Notes under the pieces: model-generated | Databases searched by the model: none | What the model saw: only the letters and a program-made list of their open reading frames with translations | Told to the model about the DNA's origin: nothing | NCBI GenBank assembly: GCA_964399175.1 | Contig: CAYNPZ010000001.1 | Location: 1 to 56,739 of the forward strand | Reading direction: 5' to 3' | Origin: an uncultured Bacteroidales bacterium | Lineage (GTDB): Bacteria > Bacteroidota > Bacteroidia > Bacteroidales > UBA12077 | DNA length: 56,739 nucleotides | Part shown: positions 1-7,592 of the stretch, one piece after another | Layout: each line of letters begins with the position of its first letter | Position numbering within the stretch: position 1 is the first letter of the stretch | Made by a program: the position numbers and the translations under genes

Positions 1-261
1 GCAGTTGGCAACCCAGAAGGCTGGAGTTGGCAGAGAAATTTAATAGTCATTGGTTGTCATTAGGTCATTGATTGTATTCGCAGATAAGCCTCTGCTTAAA
101 ATCCATTCAATCAGTCAATCCCGCCTGTTGCGGGCAGGCATTCAATCATTGTTTTAAGCAGACCCGGAACCCGAGATCTGGAACCTCAAACTTTAAACGA
201 GTTACTCCGCCTCAGTCTCAATCAACCATGTATCAATGTGACAATGTAACAATTTCCCGGT

Positions 262-774
262 TCATTCATTCCTCACGATCGTCTTTCCCTCCAGCTTTTT
301 GATCAGATCGTCGACATTACGCGCGGCCTGGATCTGAAAGGGAATGTTCACCAACAGGTAACCCCCCAAAAGAATCAGCACGGAACTGTTGAAGAATACT
401 CCCAGGTTGCCCTGCAATCCCTGACTTACAAAAAACAGCACCACGGCCAGAATGGCAAGGGGCATTACAACACGCAGAAAAGGACATACCATTTTCATAT
501 TCACCGAGGTCTTGCCTTCTCCCAGCTCCTTAACCCGACCCTGAATCTCCAGCGGTGAGATGTTCCAATAGGGCACCACCGGCCGGATTTTAAAGGAATC
601 GTGACCCACCTTGCCCCAGTAGGTCGTATAGAAACGCTTCCCCCAGTAAATGCTCGAAGCATCCTGGTCGGTGGATTGGTAGATCTTGTCGTATATTTCC
701 TGCTTATTCAGCTGGGTTTCTATATTTAATTTTCTTAAAGGCCACAAATACATAAGATTTTTCTTATAAAACAA
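262..774 (-). CDS. hypothetical membrane protein
   Basis: 170-aa ORF, with a possible later start at MYLWPL. Two C-terminal hydrophobic helices (VVMPLAILAVVLFFV, VLILLGGYLLV). No family recognised. Confidence 0.45.
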   Translation of the reverse strand: MFYKKNLMYLWPLRKLNIETQLNKQEIYDKIYQSTDQDASSIYWGKRFYTTYWGKVGHDSFKIRPVVPYWNISPLEIQGRVKELGEGKTSVNMKMVCPFLRVVMPLAILAVVLFFVSQGLQGNLGVFFNSSVLILLGGYLLVNIPFQIQAARNVDDLIKKLEGKTIVRNE

Positions 775-931
775 TTTACGGGTTCAGGTTGTTTGATAAA
801 TCTTTGCGGCCTTCTTTAGCCTGGATAGCGTCAGGATTATTCCTGAGTAATTTGGGTTAATCCGTCTCCGGGTTTGTTCAGGAGATCAATATCGGAACAT
901 CAACCTGGATCGCTTAAAAACACCATTATTT

Positions 932-945
932 AGAATGATTATATA
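932..945. promoter_or_regulatory. Fur-box-like AT-rich element upstream of ferritin
   Basis: The reverse complement of AGAATGATTATATA contains ATAATCATT, a 9-nt run identical to part of the E. coli Fur consensus GATAATGATAATCATTATC. It lies about 90 nt upstream of the ferritin ATG. The Bacteroidota Fur motif may differ. Confidence 0.2.
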
Positions 946-1028
946 AACAAATTTTTTATGGAATTGTTAAACAGAAGATTTGAGTCGCATTTTTATATTA
1001 AAAACAAATACAAAAAGGAGGAAAATTT

Positions 1029-1544
1029 ATGTTATCAGAAAAAATGCAGAAAGAATTAAATAAGCAGATCAATGCAGAGATGTATTCTGCATACCTTTAT
1101 CTGGCCATGTCGGCTTATTTTGAAGACCAGAACCTTTCGGGTTTTGCCAACTGGATGAATGTTCAGGCCCAGGAAGAAATGACCCATGCAATGAAAATCT
1201 ATCGTTACATTTTTGAGCGTGGTGGCAGGGCTTATCTACAACCCATCGATGGACCACCTACCGACTGGGATGATGCCGTGAAGGTGGCAGAAGAAGTGTA
1301 TGCCCATGAGCAGAAAGTAACCAAAATGATTCATGACCTGGTCAATCTTGCCAGAGAAGAAAAAGACCACGGCACCGATAACATGCTTCAGTGGTTTGTA
1401 TCGGAACAGGTAGAAGAAGAAGCGAATGCCGACGAGCTGCTCCAGCAGCTGAAGATGGTAGGCGGCAAAGGCCAGGGCCTGCTCATGCTCGACAGAGAAC
1501 TGGGCCGGCGGCAGTTTGTGGACGAAACGCAACAGGAACAATAA
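1029..1544 (+). CDS. ftnA: non-haem ferritin
   Basis: 171 aa. LNKQINAEMYSAYLYLAMSAYF and QEEMTHAMK are ferroxidase-centre type motifs. AAGGAGG sits 7 nt upstream of the ATG. Confidence 0.92.
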   Translation: MLSEKMQKELNKQINAEMYSAYLYLAMSAYFEDQNLSGFANWMNVQAQEEMTHAMKIYRYIFERGGRAYLQPIDGPPTDWDDAVKVAEEVYAHEQKVTKMIHDLVNLAREEKDHGTDNMLQWFVSEQVEEEANADELLQQLKMVGGKGQGLLMLDRELGRRQFVDETQQEQ

Positions 1545-1874
1545 CTTCATTGGTTTGATTGTTTGAAAAGCGTTCGAATATATAAGTTGGCAAAGAGCAG
1601 CTTACTTTATTACAGAATCAAATTTAAGGTGATAAGATTTGGTAAAACAGTTGGTCCCGCATTCTGCGGGATCAGTTGGCAATCATTGCCGGAAGTTTCT
1701 TTATTTGCAGCCTTAACCATAGCCGTTCTTTTAACAAGTTGGCAATTGGCAAATTCTGAATAGCAAATTGTCTTAATCTTGGCTACAGATCTTTTTGAGA
1801 ATCTGGCAAACCCTAACCCTGGGGTTTGTTGATTTCAAAGTTTTTTCAATAGAAGGGTAATTTGCAGTAAGTGG

Positions 1875-1913
1875 CCGAAGCTTCTACATCCCTTGAAGGA
1901 TAAGAAGCTTCGG
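1875..1913 (+). terminator. 11-bp stem-loop; possible intrinsic terminator or sRNA 3' end
   Basis: CCGAAGCTTCT (1875..1885) pairs perfectly with AGAAGCTTCGG (1903..1913) across a 17-nt loop, followed by TCATTTT. It lies in the 567-nt non-coding gap between ferritin and the cyd operon. Confidence 0.3.
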
Positions 1914-2070
1914 TCATTTTAATTTGGAATTTTGTAATTATTTGAAATTTGATGCTTGAAATTTGGCGTTTTATAGTACATTTCTGGAGATACCTTATAA
2001 AACATCCATATAAGAAGTATTTATAACCATTCTAAATAACGTTACCCCCACATATTTCCCCTTTTCATTA

Positions 2071-2078
2071 TATATTTG
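2071..2078 (+). promoter_or_regulatory. Bacteroidota -7 promoter box (TAnnTTTG) for the cyd operon
   Basis: TATATTTG lies 34 nt upstream of the ATG at 2112. Confidence 0.4.
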
Positions 2079-2111
2079 TCTGGAAAATCGGATGTTTCAA
2101 ACCCGAACACT

Positions 2112-2324
2112 ATGTCGTTTTTCAGAAAAGCTTGGCATCTTTACGCAGATGGATTTAAAAACCTCGGGCCGGTGGGCAAAAAATTGTGGCTTATCATCCT
2201 TATTAAGCTTTTTATTATGTTTGCCATCCTGAGGCTTTTCTTTTTCCCGGATGTGTTGGAAGAAAATTTCTCCTCCGACAAGGAGCGGAGCAATCATATC
2301 ATCAATGAAATCACAAAACAGTAA
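2112..2324 (+). CDS. DUF4492-like small membrane protein, first gene of the cytochrome bd operon
   Basis: MSFFRKAWHLYADGFKNLGPVGKKLWLIILIKLFIMFAILRLFFFPD. I prefer the ATG at 2112 because the track start at 2076 falls inside the -7 box. Its position directly upstream of cydA is typical in Bacteroidota. Confidence 0.7.
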   Translation: MSFFRKAWHLYADGFKNLGPVGKKLWLIILIKLFIMFAILRLFFFPDVLEENFSSDKERSNHIINEITKQ

Positions 2325-2336
2325 AAGCGCACCCCT

Positions 2337-3854
2337 ATGGAAGAAGCATTAGTTAACTGGTCGCGCGGCCAATTTGCTTTAACCGCCATGTATCACTGGC
2401 TGTTTGTACCCCTCACCCTGGGATTATCCTTCATTATGGCCATCATGGAAACCATTTATTATAAAACCGGTAATGAAAAATGGAAGAAGACCACCCAATT
2501 CTGGATGACCCTTTTTGGCATCAACTTCGCGATAGGAGTTGCCACCGGGATCATTCTGGAATTTGAATTCGGTACAAACTGGTCGAACTATTCCTGGTTT
2601 GTCGGGGATATTTTCGGCACCCCGCTGGCCGTGGAAGGGATCATGGCTTTCTTCCTGGAGTCGACATTTATTGCTGTAATGTTCTTTGGCTGGGATAAAG
2701 TAAGCCGCAAATTTCACCTGGTCTCCACCTGGCTGGTGGCCCTGGGTTCCAATCTTTCGGCTTTATGGATACTGGTGGCCAATGCCTGGATGCAGCACCC
2801 GGTGGGTATGCATTTTAATCTTGATACGGCCCGCAATGAGATGGGCAACTTTTGGGATGTATTGCTGAATCCTACTGCTGTGGATAAATTCCTGCATACC
2901 ATTTCCAGCGGCTATGTGATTGGGGCGCTTTTTGTAACCGGTATCAGCGCCTGGTACCTGCTCAATAACCGCCACATCAGTTTTGCCAAGAGAAGCATGC
3001 TGATCGGTGCTGTCTTTGGGATCATCTCTTCCCTCTTTATCGTGGTGACCGGCGACAGTTCCGGCCATCACATATCCAAAACCCAGCCCATGAAGCTGGC
3101 TGCCATGGAAGGGCTGTATGAAGGTCAGGAAGGAGCCGGCCTGGTAGCCATTGGCGTTTTGAACCCGGCTAAGACCCTTACCAATAACGAGGAGGCCTTT
3201 CATTTTAAAATCGCTTTCCCCCGTTTGCTTTCCCTGCTCGCCGAAAGGGATGTCGAGGCCTTCGTGCCGGGCATGAACGACCTGGTTTACGGGAACGGGG
3301 AGCATGATATACCACCTACTTCCGAAAAGATCAGGAAAGGAGATAAGGCCATCCAAGCCATTAAGGATTACAGGCAAGCCAGGGAGAACAACAGCGATTC
3401 GCTGGCCGGGGTTCACCTGGAAGAATTCAACAAATACTACCACAACATGGGGTACGGCTATTTTGAAGATGAGGAAGAGGTAGTTCCCCCAGTAGCGCTT
3501 ACATTTTACAGCTTTCATGTGATGGTGACACTGGGTTTTCTGTTTGTACTGCTTTTTATTCTGGTTATCTGGAACACGATGAACGACACCATCCTCGGGA
3601 AGCGTTATCTGCTGAAGGCCGCGGTTTGGGCAATACCGCTCGGTTATATCGCTTCTATGCTCGGATGGGTAGTGTCTGAAGTGGGCCGGCAACCCTGGAC
3701 CATACAGGACCTGCTTCCGGTGAAGATGTCCACCTCCCACATCAGCACCGGCAACGTGCAGACTACCTTCTGGATATTCGCCGCACTGTTCACCATTTTG
3801 TTAATTGCGGAATTATCCATTATGATCAGACAAATCAAAATCGGACCCAAATAA
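2337..3854 (+). CDS. cydA: cytochrome bd ubiquinol oxidase subunit I
   Basis: 505 aa and polytopic. Conserved N-terminus (WSRGQFALTAMYHWLFVPLTLG) and the C-terminal GWVVSEVGRQPW motif. Confidence 0.95.
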   Translation: MEEALVNWSRGQFALTAMYHWLFVPLTLGLSFIMAIMETIYYKTGNEKWKKTTQFWMTLFGINFAIGVATGIILEFEFGTNWSNYSWFVGDIFGTPLAVEGIMAFFLESTFIAVMFFGWDKVSRKFHLVSTWLVALGSNLSALWILVANAWMQHPVGMHFNLDTARNEMGNFWDVLLNPTAVDKFLHTISSGYVIGALFVTGISAWYLLNNRHISFAKRSMLIGAVFGIISSLFIVVTGDSSGHHISKTQPMKLAAMEGLYEGQEGAGLVAIGVLNPAKTLTNNEEAFHFKIAFPRLLSLLAERDVEAFVPGMNDLVYGNGEHDIPPTSEKIRKGDKAIQAIKDYRQARENNSDSLAGVHLEEFNKYYHNMGYGYFEDEEEVVPPVALTFYSFHVMVTLGFLFVLLFILVIWNTMNDTILGKRYLLKAAVWAIPLGYIASMLGWVVSEVGRQPWTIQDLLPVKMSTSHISTGNVQTTFWIFAALFTILLIAELSIMIRQIKIGPK

Positions 3855-3866
3855 ACTTATATCCAT

Positions 3867-5021
3867 ATGTTCGAAACATTATCACATTTGGCATTGCAAC
3901 AGTACTGGTGGGTGATCATCTCCCTGCTGGGATCCCTGCTGGTATTCCTCATGTTCGTTTTGGGCGGCCAGACGCTGCTCAGGCAGGTTGCCAACAACGA
4001 TGTACAAAAGGATATGGCCATCAATTCCATAGGGCGTAAATGGGAACTGACATTTACCACTCTGGTTGTGTTTGGGGGAGCCTTTTTTGCCTCTTTTCCC
4101 ATATTCTACGCCACCAGCTTCGGCGGAGCCTACTGGTTGTGGATGCTGATCCTTTTTACTTTCATTGTCCAGGCCATTTCCTATGAATTCAGGAAAAAAC
4201 CCTCCAACTTTCTGGGACAAAAAACATATGAATCCTTTCTTTTCATCAATGGTTTATTCGGATCGCTGCTGATCGGCGTGGCAGTGGGCACTTTCTTCAC
4301 AGGAGCAGAGTTCTCTATTGACCAGATTAGGATCACCTCACCTGCGGACAACATCATAAGCCGCTGGGAAAGTCCGCTGCATGGCCTGGAGGCTGCAGCA
4401 AACATACAAAACATTTTGCTTGGTTTGTCCGTATTTTTCCTGGCCCGTATCCAGGGTGCCCTATATTTCATTAATACCATCGATGAGGAAACGGTGGTTG
4501 AGAAATCCAGGAAACAGGTGCTATGGAATACGATCCCGTTTTTACTGGTGTTTCTCCCATTCATGGTACTGCTTTTGGCGGGAGAAGGATTTGCGGTCAA
4601 CTCCGAAAGCGGGGAGATCTTGATGGAACCGAACAAATACCTGCAGAATTATCTTCAGATGCCTGTTGCCGGGATTTTCCTGCTCGTTGGTGTGCTTGGT
4701 GTACTGGCAGGTATAGCAGTCACCCTTTTCAGACAAAGTCGCCGGGGAATTTGGTTTACAGGAGCGGGAACCGTTCTGACGGTGCTTTCTCTCTTCTTTG
4801 TAGCCGGATTCAACCATACGGCTTATTATCCATCCACATTTGACCTGCAAAGCTCTCTGACCATACAAAACAGCTCATCCAGCCACTATACCCTAACAGC
4901 CATGAGCTATGTTTCGTTGTTTATGCCCATTGTAATCGGCTATATCTGGTATGCCTGGAAGCTAATGAACAGAAAGAACATCAGTTCCGAAGAAATGGAA
5001 TCGGGAGAACATGCGTACTGA
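3867..5021 (+). CDS. cydB: cytochrome bd ubiquinol oxidase subunit II
   Basis: 384 aa and polytopic, 12 nt downstream of cydA. Typical CydB N-terminus (LQQYWWVIISLLGSLLVFLMFVLGG). Confidence 0.93.
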   Translation: MFETLSHLALQQYWWVIISLLGSLLVFLMFVLGGQTLLRQVANNDVQKDMAINSIGRKWELTFTTLVVFGGAFFASFPIFYATSFGGAYWLWMLILFTFIVQAISYEFRKKPSNFLGQKTYESFLFINGLFGSLLIGVAVGTFFTGAEFSIDQIRITSPADNIISRWESPLHGLEAAANIQNILLGLSVFFLARIQGALYFINTIDEETVVEKSRKQVLWNTIPFLLVFLPFMVLLLAGEGFAVNSESGEILMEPNKYLQNYLQMPVAGIFLLVGVLGVLAGIAVTLFRQSRRGIWFTGAGTVLTVLSLFFVAGFNHTAYYPSTFDLQSSLTIQNSSSSHYTLTAMSYVSLFMPIVIGYIWYAWKLMNRKNISSEEMESGEHAY

Positions 5022-5045
5022 TAAAAAACAAAAAAACCATAGGTT

Positions 5046-5174
5046 ATGAATCACCTTTCATCCATATTATGGCTTGCGTTCTGGCCCGTTTTGATTTTTG
5101 TCATCTACAAAATTGCCTTCTGGGCCATAAGAAAAAAGGGATATCTTTATGATGAACGGGAAGATCAGTCCTGA
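5046..5174 (+). CDS. candidate 42-aa single-TM peptide downstream of cydB (CydX-like position)
   Basis: The ATG is 24 nt after the cydB stop. It translates to MNHLSSILWLAFWPVLIFVIYKIAFWAIRKKGYLYDEREDQS: one TM helix plus a charged tail. It is below the ORF-track size cutoff. Confidence 0.4.
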   Translation: MNHLSSILWLAFWPVLIFVIYKIAFWAIRKKGYLYDEREDQS

Positions 5175-5788
5175 TCGCGGAGATTTTTCAGCTCAAGCTG
5201 CCGGGCATCGGGCAGCAGCCTGAAGCTTTGCCGGTGATAGGGGGTGATGCCGTGTTCTTTTAAAGCTTGCCGGTGCGAAGCTGTGGCATATCCTTTGTTA
5301 CGATCCCAGCCATATTCAGGATAATCCCGGCTCAACCGGATCATGTAATCGTCCCGGTATGTCTTGGCCAGCACCGAAGCCGCGGCAACAGAAAGATACT
5401 TTCCATCCCCTTCAACAATACATTGATAAGGAATATCCTTGTAGGGATAGAAGTATTTCCCATCGATCAGCAAATGCTCCGGTGTCCTCCTTAATTTCTC
5501 CAAAGCTCGGTGCATGGCCACCATAGAGGCCTTGAAAATATTCAGCTTGTCGATCTCTTCATTTTCCACCCAGGCAACGGCATAATCCACAGCAATTGCC
5601 CGGATTTCATCCCTTAATGCATAGCGGTTTGCCGGCGTGAGCTTCTTGGAGTCATTTAAAAGAGGGAGTTTTGGATCGGGTGGCAAGACCACAGCAGCAG
5701 CATAGACAGGTCCGGCCAGGCAGCCTCTTCCGGCTTCATCGCACCCTGCTTCAGCGATTCCTTCCTTATAACAGTTTTTTAAACCCAA
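5165..5788 (-). CDS. rnhB: ribonuclease HII
   Basis: 207 aa. GCDEAGRGCLAGPV catalytic motif; SVAAASVLAKTYRD. Confidence 0.93.
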   Translation of the reverse strand: MGLKNCYKEGIAEAGCDEAGRGCLAGPVYAAAVVLPPDPKLPLLNDSKKLTPANRYALRDEIRAIAVDYAVAWVENEEIDKLNIFKASMVAMHRALEKLRRTPEHLLIDGKYFYPYKDIPYQCIVEGDGKYLSVAAASVLAKTYRDDYMIRLSRDYPEYGWDRNKGYATASHRQALKEHGITPYHRQSFRLLPDARQLELKNLRDQD

Positions 5789-5847
5789 TGGTCCGCTTTT
5801 AATGGCTGGGAATTCAGGGAAACATACTCCCCTATCTTTATATCAGA

Positions 5848-5882
5848 TAAAAACTGGTATGGAAAGCCTATCCATACCAGTT
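5848..5882 (-). terminator. intrinsic terminator downstream of pgk
   Basis: ACTGGTATGGA (5853..5863) pairs with TCCATACCAGT (5871..5881) across a 7-nt loop. A T-run follows on the minus strand. It lies 23 nt after the pgk stop. Confidence 0.6.
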
Positions 5883-5904
5883 TGTCAGTTAAGAATATGA
5901 TGTG

Positions 5905-7191
5905 CTATTTCAGCAGCGCCTTAACGGGCTCCAGTCCTTCATAGGTGCCTTCCTGGATGGCCTTCAGCACTGCACCTCCGCCGGTAAACAGGTAATAGCC
6001 GGGATCGTCCACAGCTTTCATATAAATACCGGGCAGCAGATTTTTCAGTTCCTGGTTGGTGTCACCGCCGCCAAACAGCTTCATGGCCTCCTTGTTGGCG
6101 TCAATAAGCTTATCCAGGGCAATGGTTCCTTCCGTAAAGTGCGGAGTCAGGCCCATAACAGCATTGGTGAAAATGGTCTTCGCATTTTTGAAAGCTTTCT
6201 GTACTTTATCTTCCTGGAAGGATTTTTCTGAAATATCCAGCACATAATTTAGCTTGGTGCCGGGTTTCAGCTCCCTAACATCATGTTCGCGATACTTTCC
6301 TTCATATTTGCCGTCGAGGGTGTCCGATTCAATGATGTAAGGCAGCTCCAGAACCTTGTCGGCATTTTTCGATGCATAATCAACAAATTCCTTGGCCACC
6401 TTGATATCGTCATCCGATACACCTTCGATCTTGATGTCATATTTGGCACACAGATAAGCGTTGTAGATTACTCCGCCGAGAACAAGGTAATCGGCCTTGT
6501 CAAGCAGGTTATAGAGTGAATCGGCTTTGGTGTCGAACTTGGCACCTGCAACAACAGCAACAAATGGTTTTTCAGGATTAAATATCCGGTCGAGGCTCTT
6601 GATTTCCTTCTGCATCAAATAACCGGCATAGGCTGGCAGGTGTTTTGTCACTCCAACAGTGGACACATGAGCCTGCCAGGAGCCAAATGCATCGTTTACA
6701 TAAACATCAGTCAGATCGGCCAGTTCCTCGGCAAATTTTTCAGCAGCTTCACCTTTGTCCTGCTCACCTAAAAACCAACGTGTATTAGGCATATAAATGG
6801 CATCAATCTTACCATCCTTTAAATCCTTGATGTGTTCTTTTATTGAAGGTCCTATCCCGGTATAGCCCTTCCTCTCCTCTTCTTTGAATTCGGGAACTAC
6901 AATGTTCAGGTAGAGCTTATTCTGAAGATACTCCACAATGGGCTGGACAGAACTTTCCGGACTCAGCGAAATTTCACCCGTCTTCTTGTCCTTGGGTCTT
7001 CCCACATGCGTCATCAGAATGGGCCGGCCCCCTTTGGCATAAATGTTCATCAAAGTACCAATCGTAGAATCTATTCTATAGGGATCCTTGATACCACCTT
7101 TCTTAACTACGTTGTGGTCAACTCGTGCCAGAACCACCTTTCCGTTAAGATCGGCATCCTGCAGTACATGTAAATTTTTCATTTCACTCAT
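5905..7191 (-). CDS. pgk: phosphoglycerate kinase (divergent N-terminal region)
   Basis: 428 aa. Motifs HVGRPK, GGGDT and TGGGAVL. The N-terminal motif reads VDHNVV rather than the usual VDFNVP. GGAGGT lies just upstream of the ATG. Confidence 0.82.
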   Translation of the reverse strand: MSEMKNLHVLQDADLNGKVVLARVDHNVVKKGGIKDPYRIDSTIGTLMNIYAKGGRPILMTHVGRPKDKKTGEISLSPESSVQPIVEYLQNKLYLNIVVPEFKEEERKGYTGIGPSIKEHIKDLKDGKIDAIYMPNTRWFLGEQDKGEAAEKFAEELADLTDVYVNDAFGSWQAHVSTVGVTKHLPAYAGYLMQKEIKSLDRIFNPEKPFVAVVAGAKFDTKADSLYNLLDKADYLVLGGVIYNAYLCAKYDIKIEGVSDDDIKVAKEFVDYASKNADKVLELPYIIESDTLDGKYEGKYREHDVRELKPGTKLNYVLDISEKSFQEDKVQKAFKNAKTIFTNAVMGLTPHFTEGTIALDKLIDANKEAMKLFGGGDTNQELKNLLPGIYMKAVDDPGYYLFTGGGAVLKAIQEGTYEGLEPVKALLK

Positions 7192-7534
7192 AATACCTCC
7201 TTTTTATGTCAACATCAAATGAATATGATGTGATCCGTTTAAACATGAAATAACATAAATTTTTAACCCAGATAAAAGGTTCCTGCAAATTTAAAGATAA
7301 AAATAGATTTTTGCCTACCTATTGGCGTTAAGATCAACTTCCGGGAAATGATATTGCTCATAATACCGTTTCGTATAGCGGATACCGAATTTTTTCTACG
7401 GAATAATAATTTTTATCTGGTCTGTTTTTAGATAAATTGCCTCAAGAAGATCATCCACCGATTTTTTCATTTTCTGGGTGAAATATTTGAAAGTATGGAC
7501 AGGTCAAGTTCATTTAAGTCAAGGAAATTTTCTT

Positions 7535-7542
7535 TACCTTTG
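7535..7542 (+). promoter_or_regulatory. -7 promoter box (TAnnTTTG) upstream of holB
   Basis: TACCTTTG lies about 50 nt upstream of the ATG at 7593. Confidence 0.4.
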
Positions 7543-7592
7543 AATGGCTTATAGAATCGTACATCCGGTAACCGGAAAGGATCAGTAAATTT

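Noticed and set aside
72-302. 76-aa plus-strand ORF in the left-edge non-coding DNA (and the similar 1563..1763 ORF)
   Set aside because: Both sit in repeat-rich intergenic sequence with Cys/Gln/Ser-rich odd composition and no supporting signals. The first also overlaps the 3' end of the 262..774 gene.
1675-1690. Sigma-54 promoter reading of TTGGCAATCATTGCC (GG-N-GC)
   Set aside because: The GG to GC spacing is one nucleotide short of the -24/-12 consensus, and the flanks do not match TGGCAC / TTGCA. The palindromic symmetry fits a dimeric binding site or a repeat better.
1809-1820. Telomere-like AACCCTAACCCT
   Set aside because: There are only two copies, and they form part of a small CAAACCC/GGGTTTG hairpin. 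There is no evidence for anything beyond chance or the local repeat texture.
2763-3740. 325-aa antisense ORF inside cydA
   Set aside because: It lies wholly within a confidently identified gene on the other strand, and its composition is His/Arg/Gly/Pro-rich and not protein-family-like. It is a typical shadow ORF.
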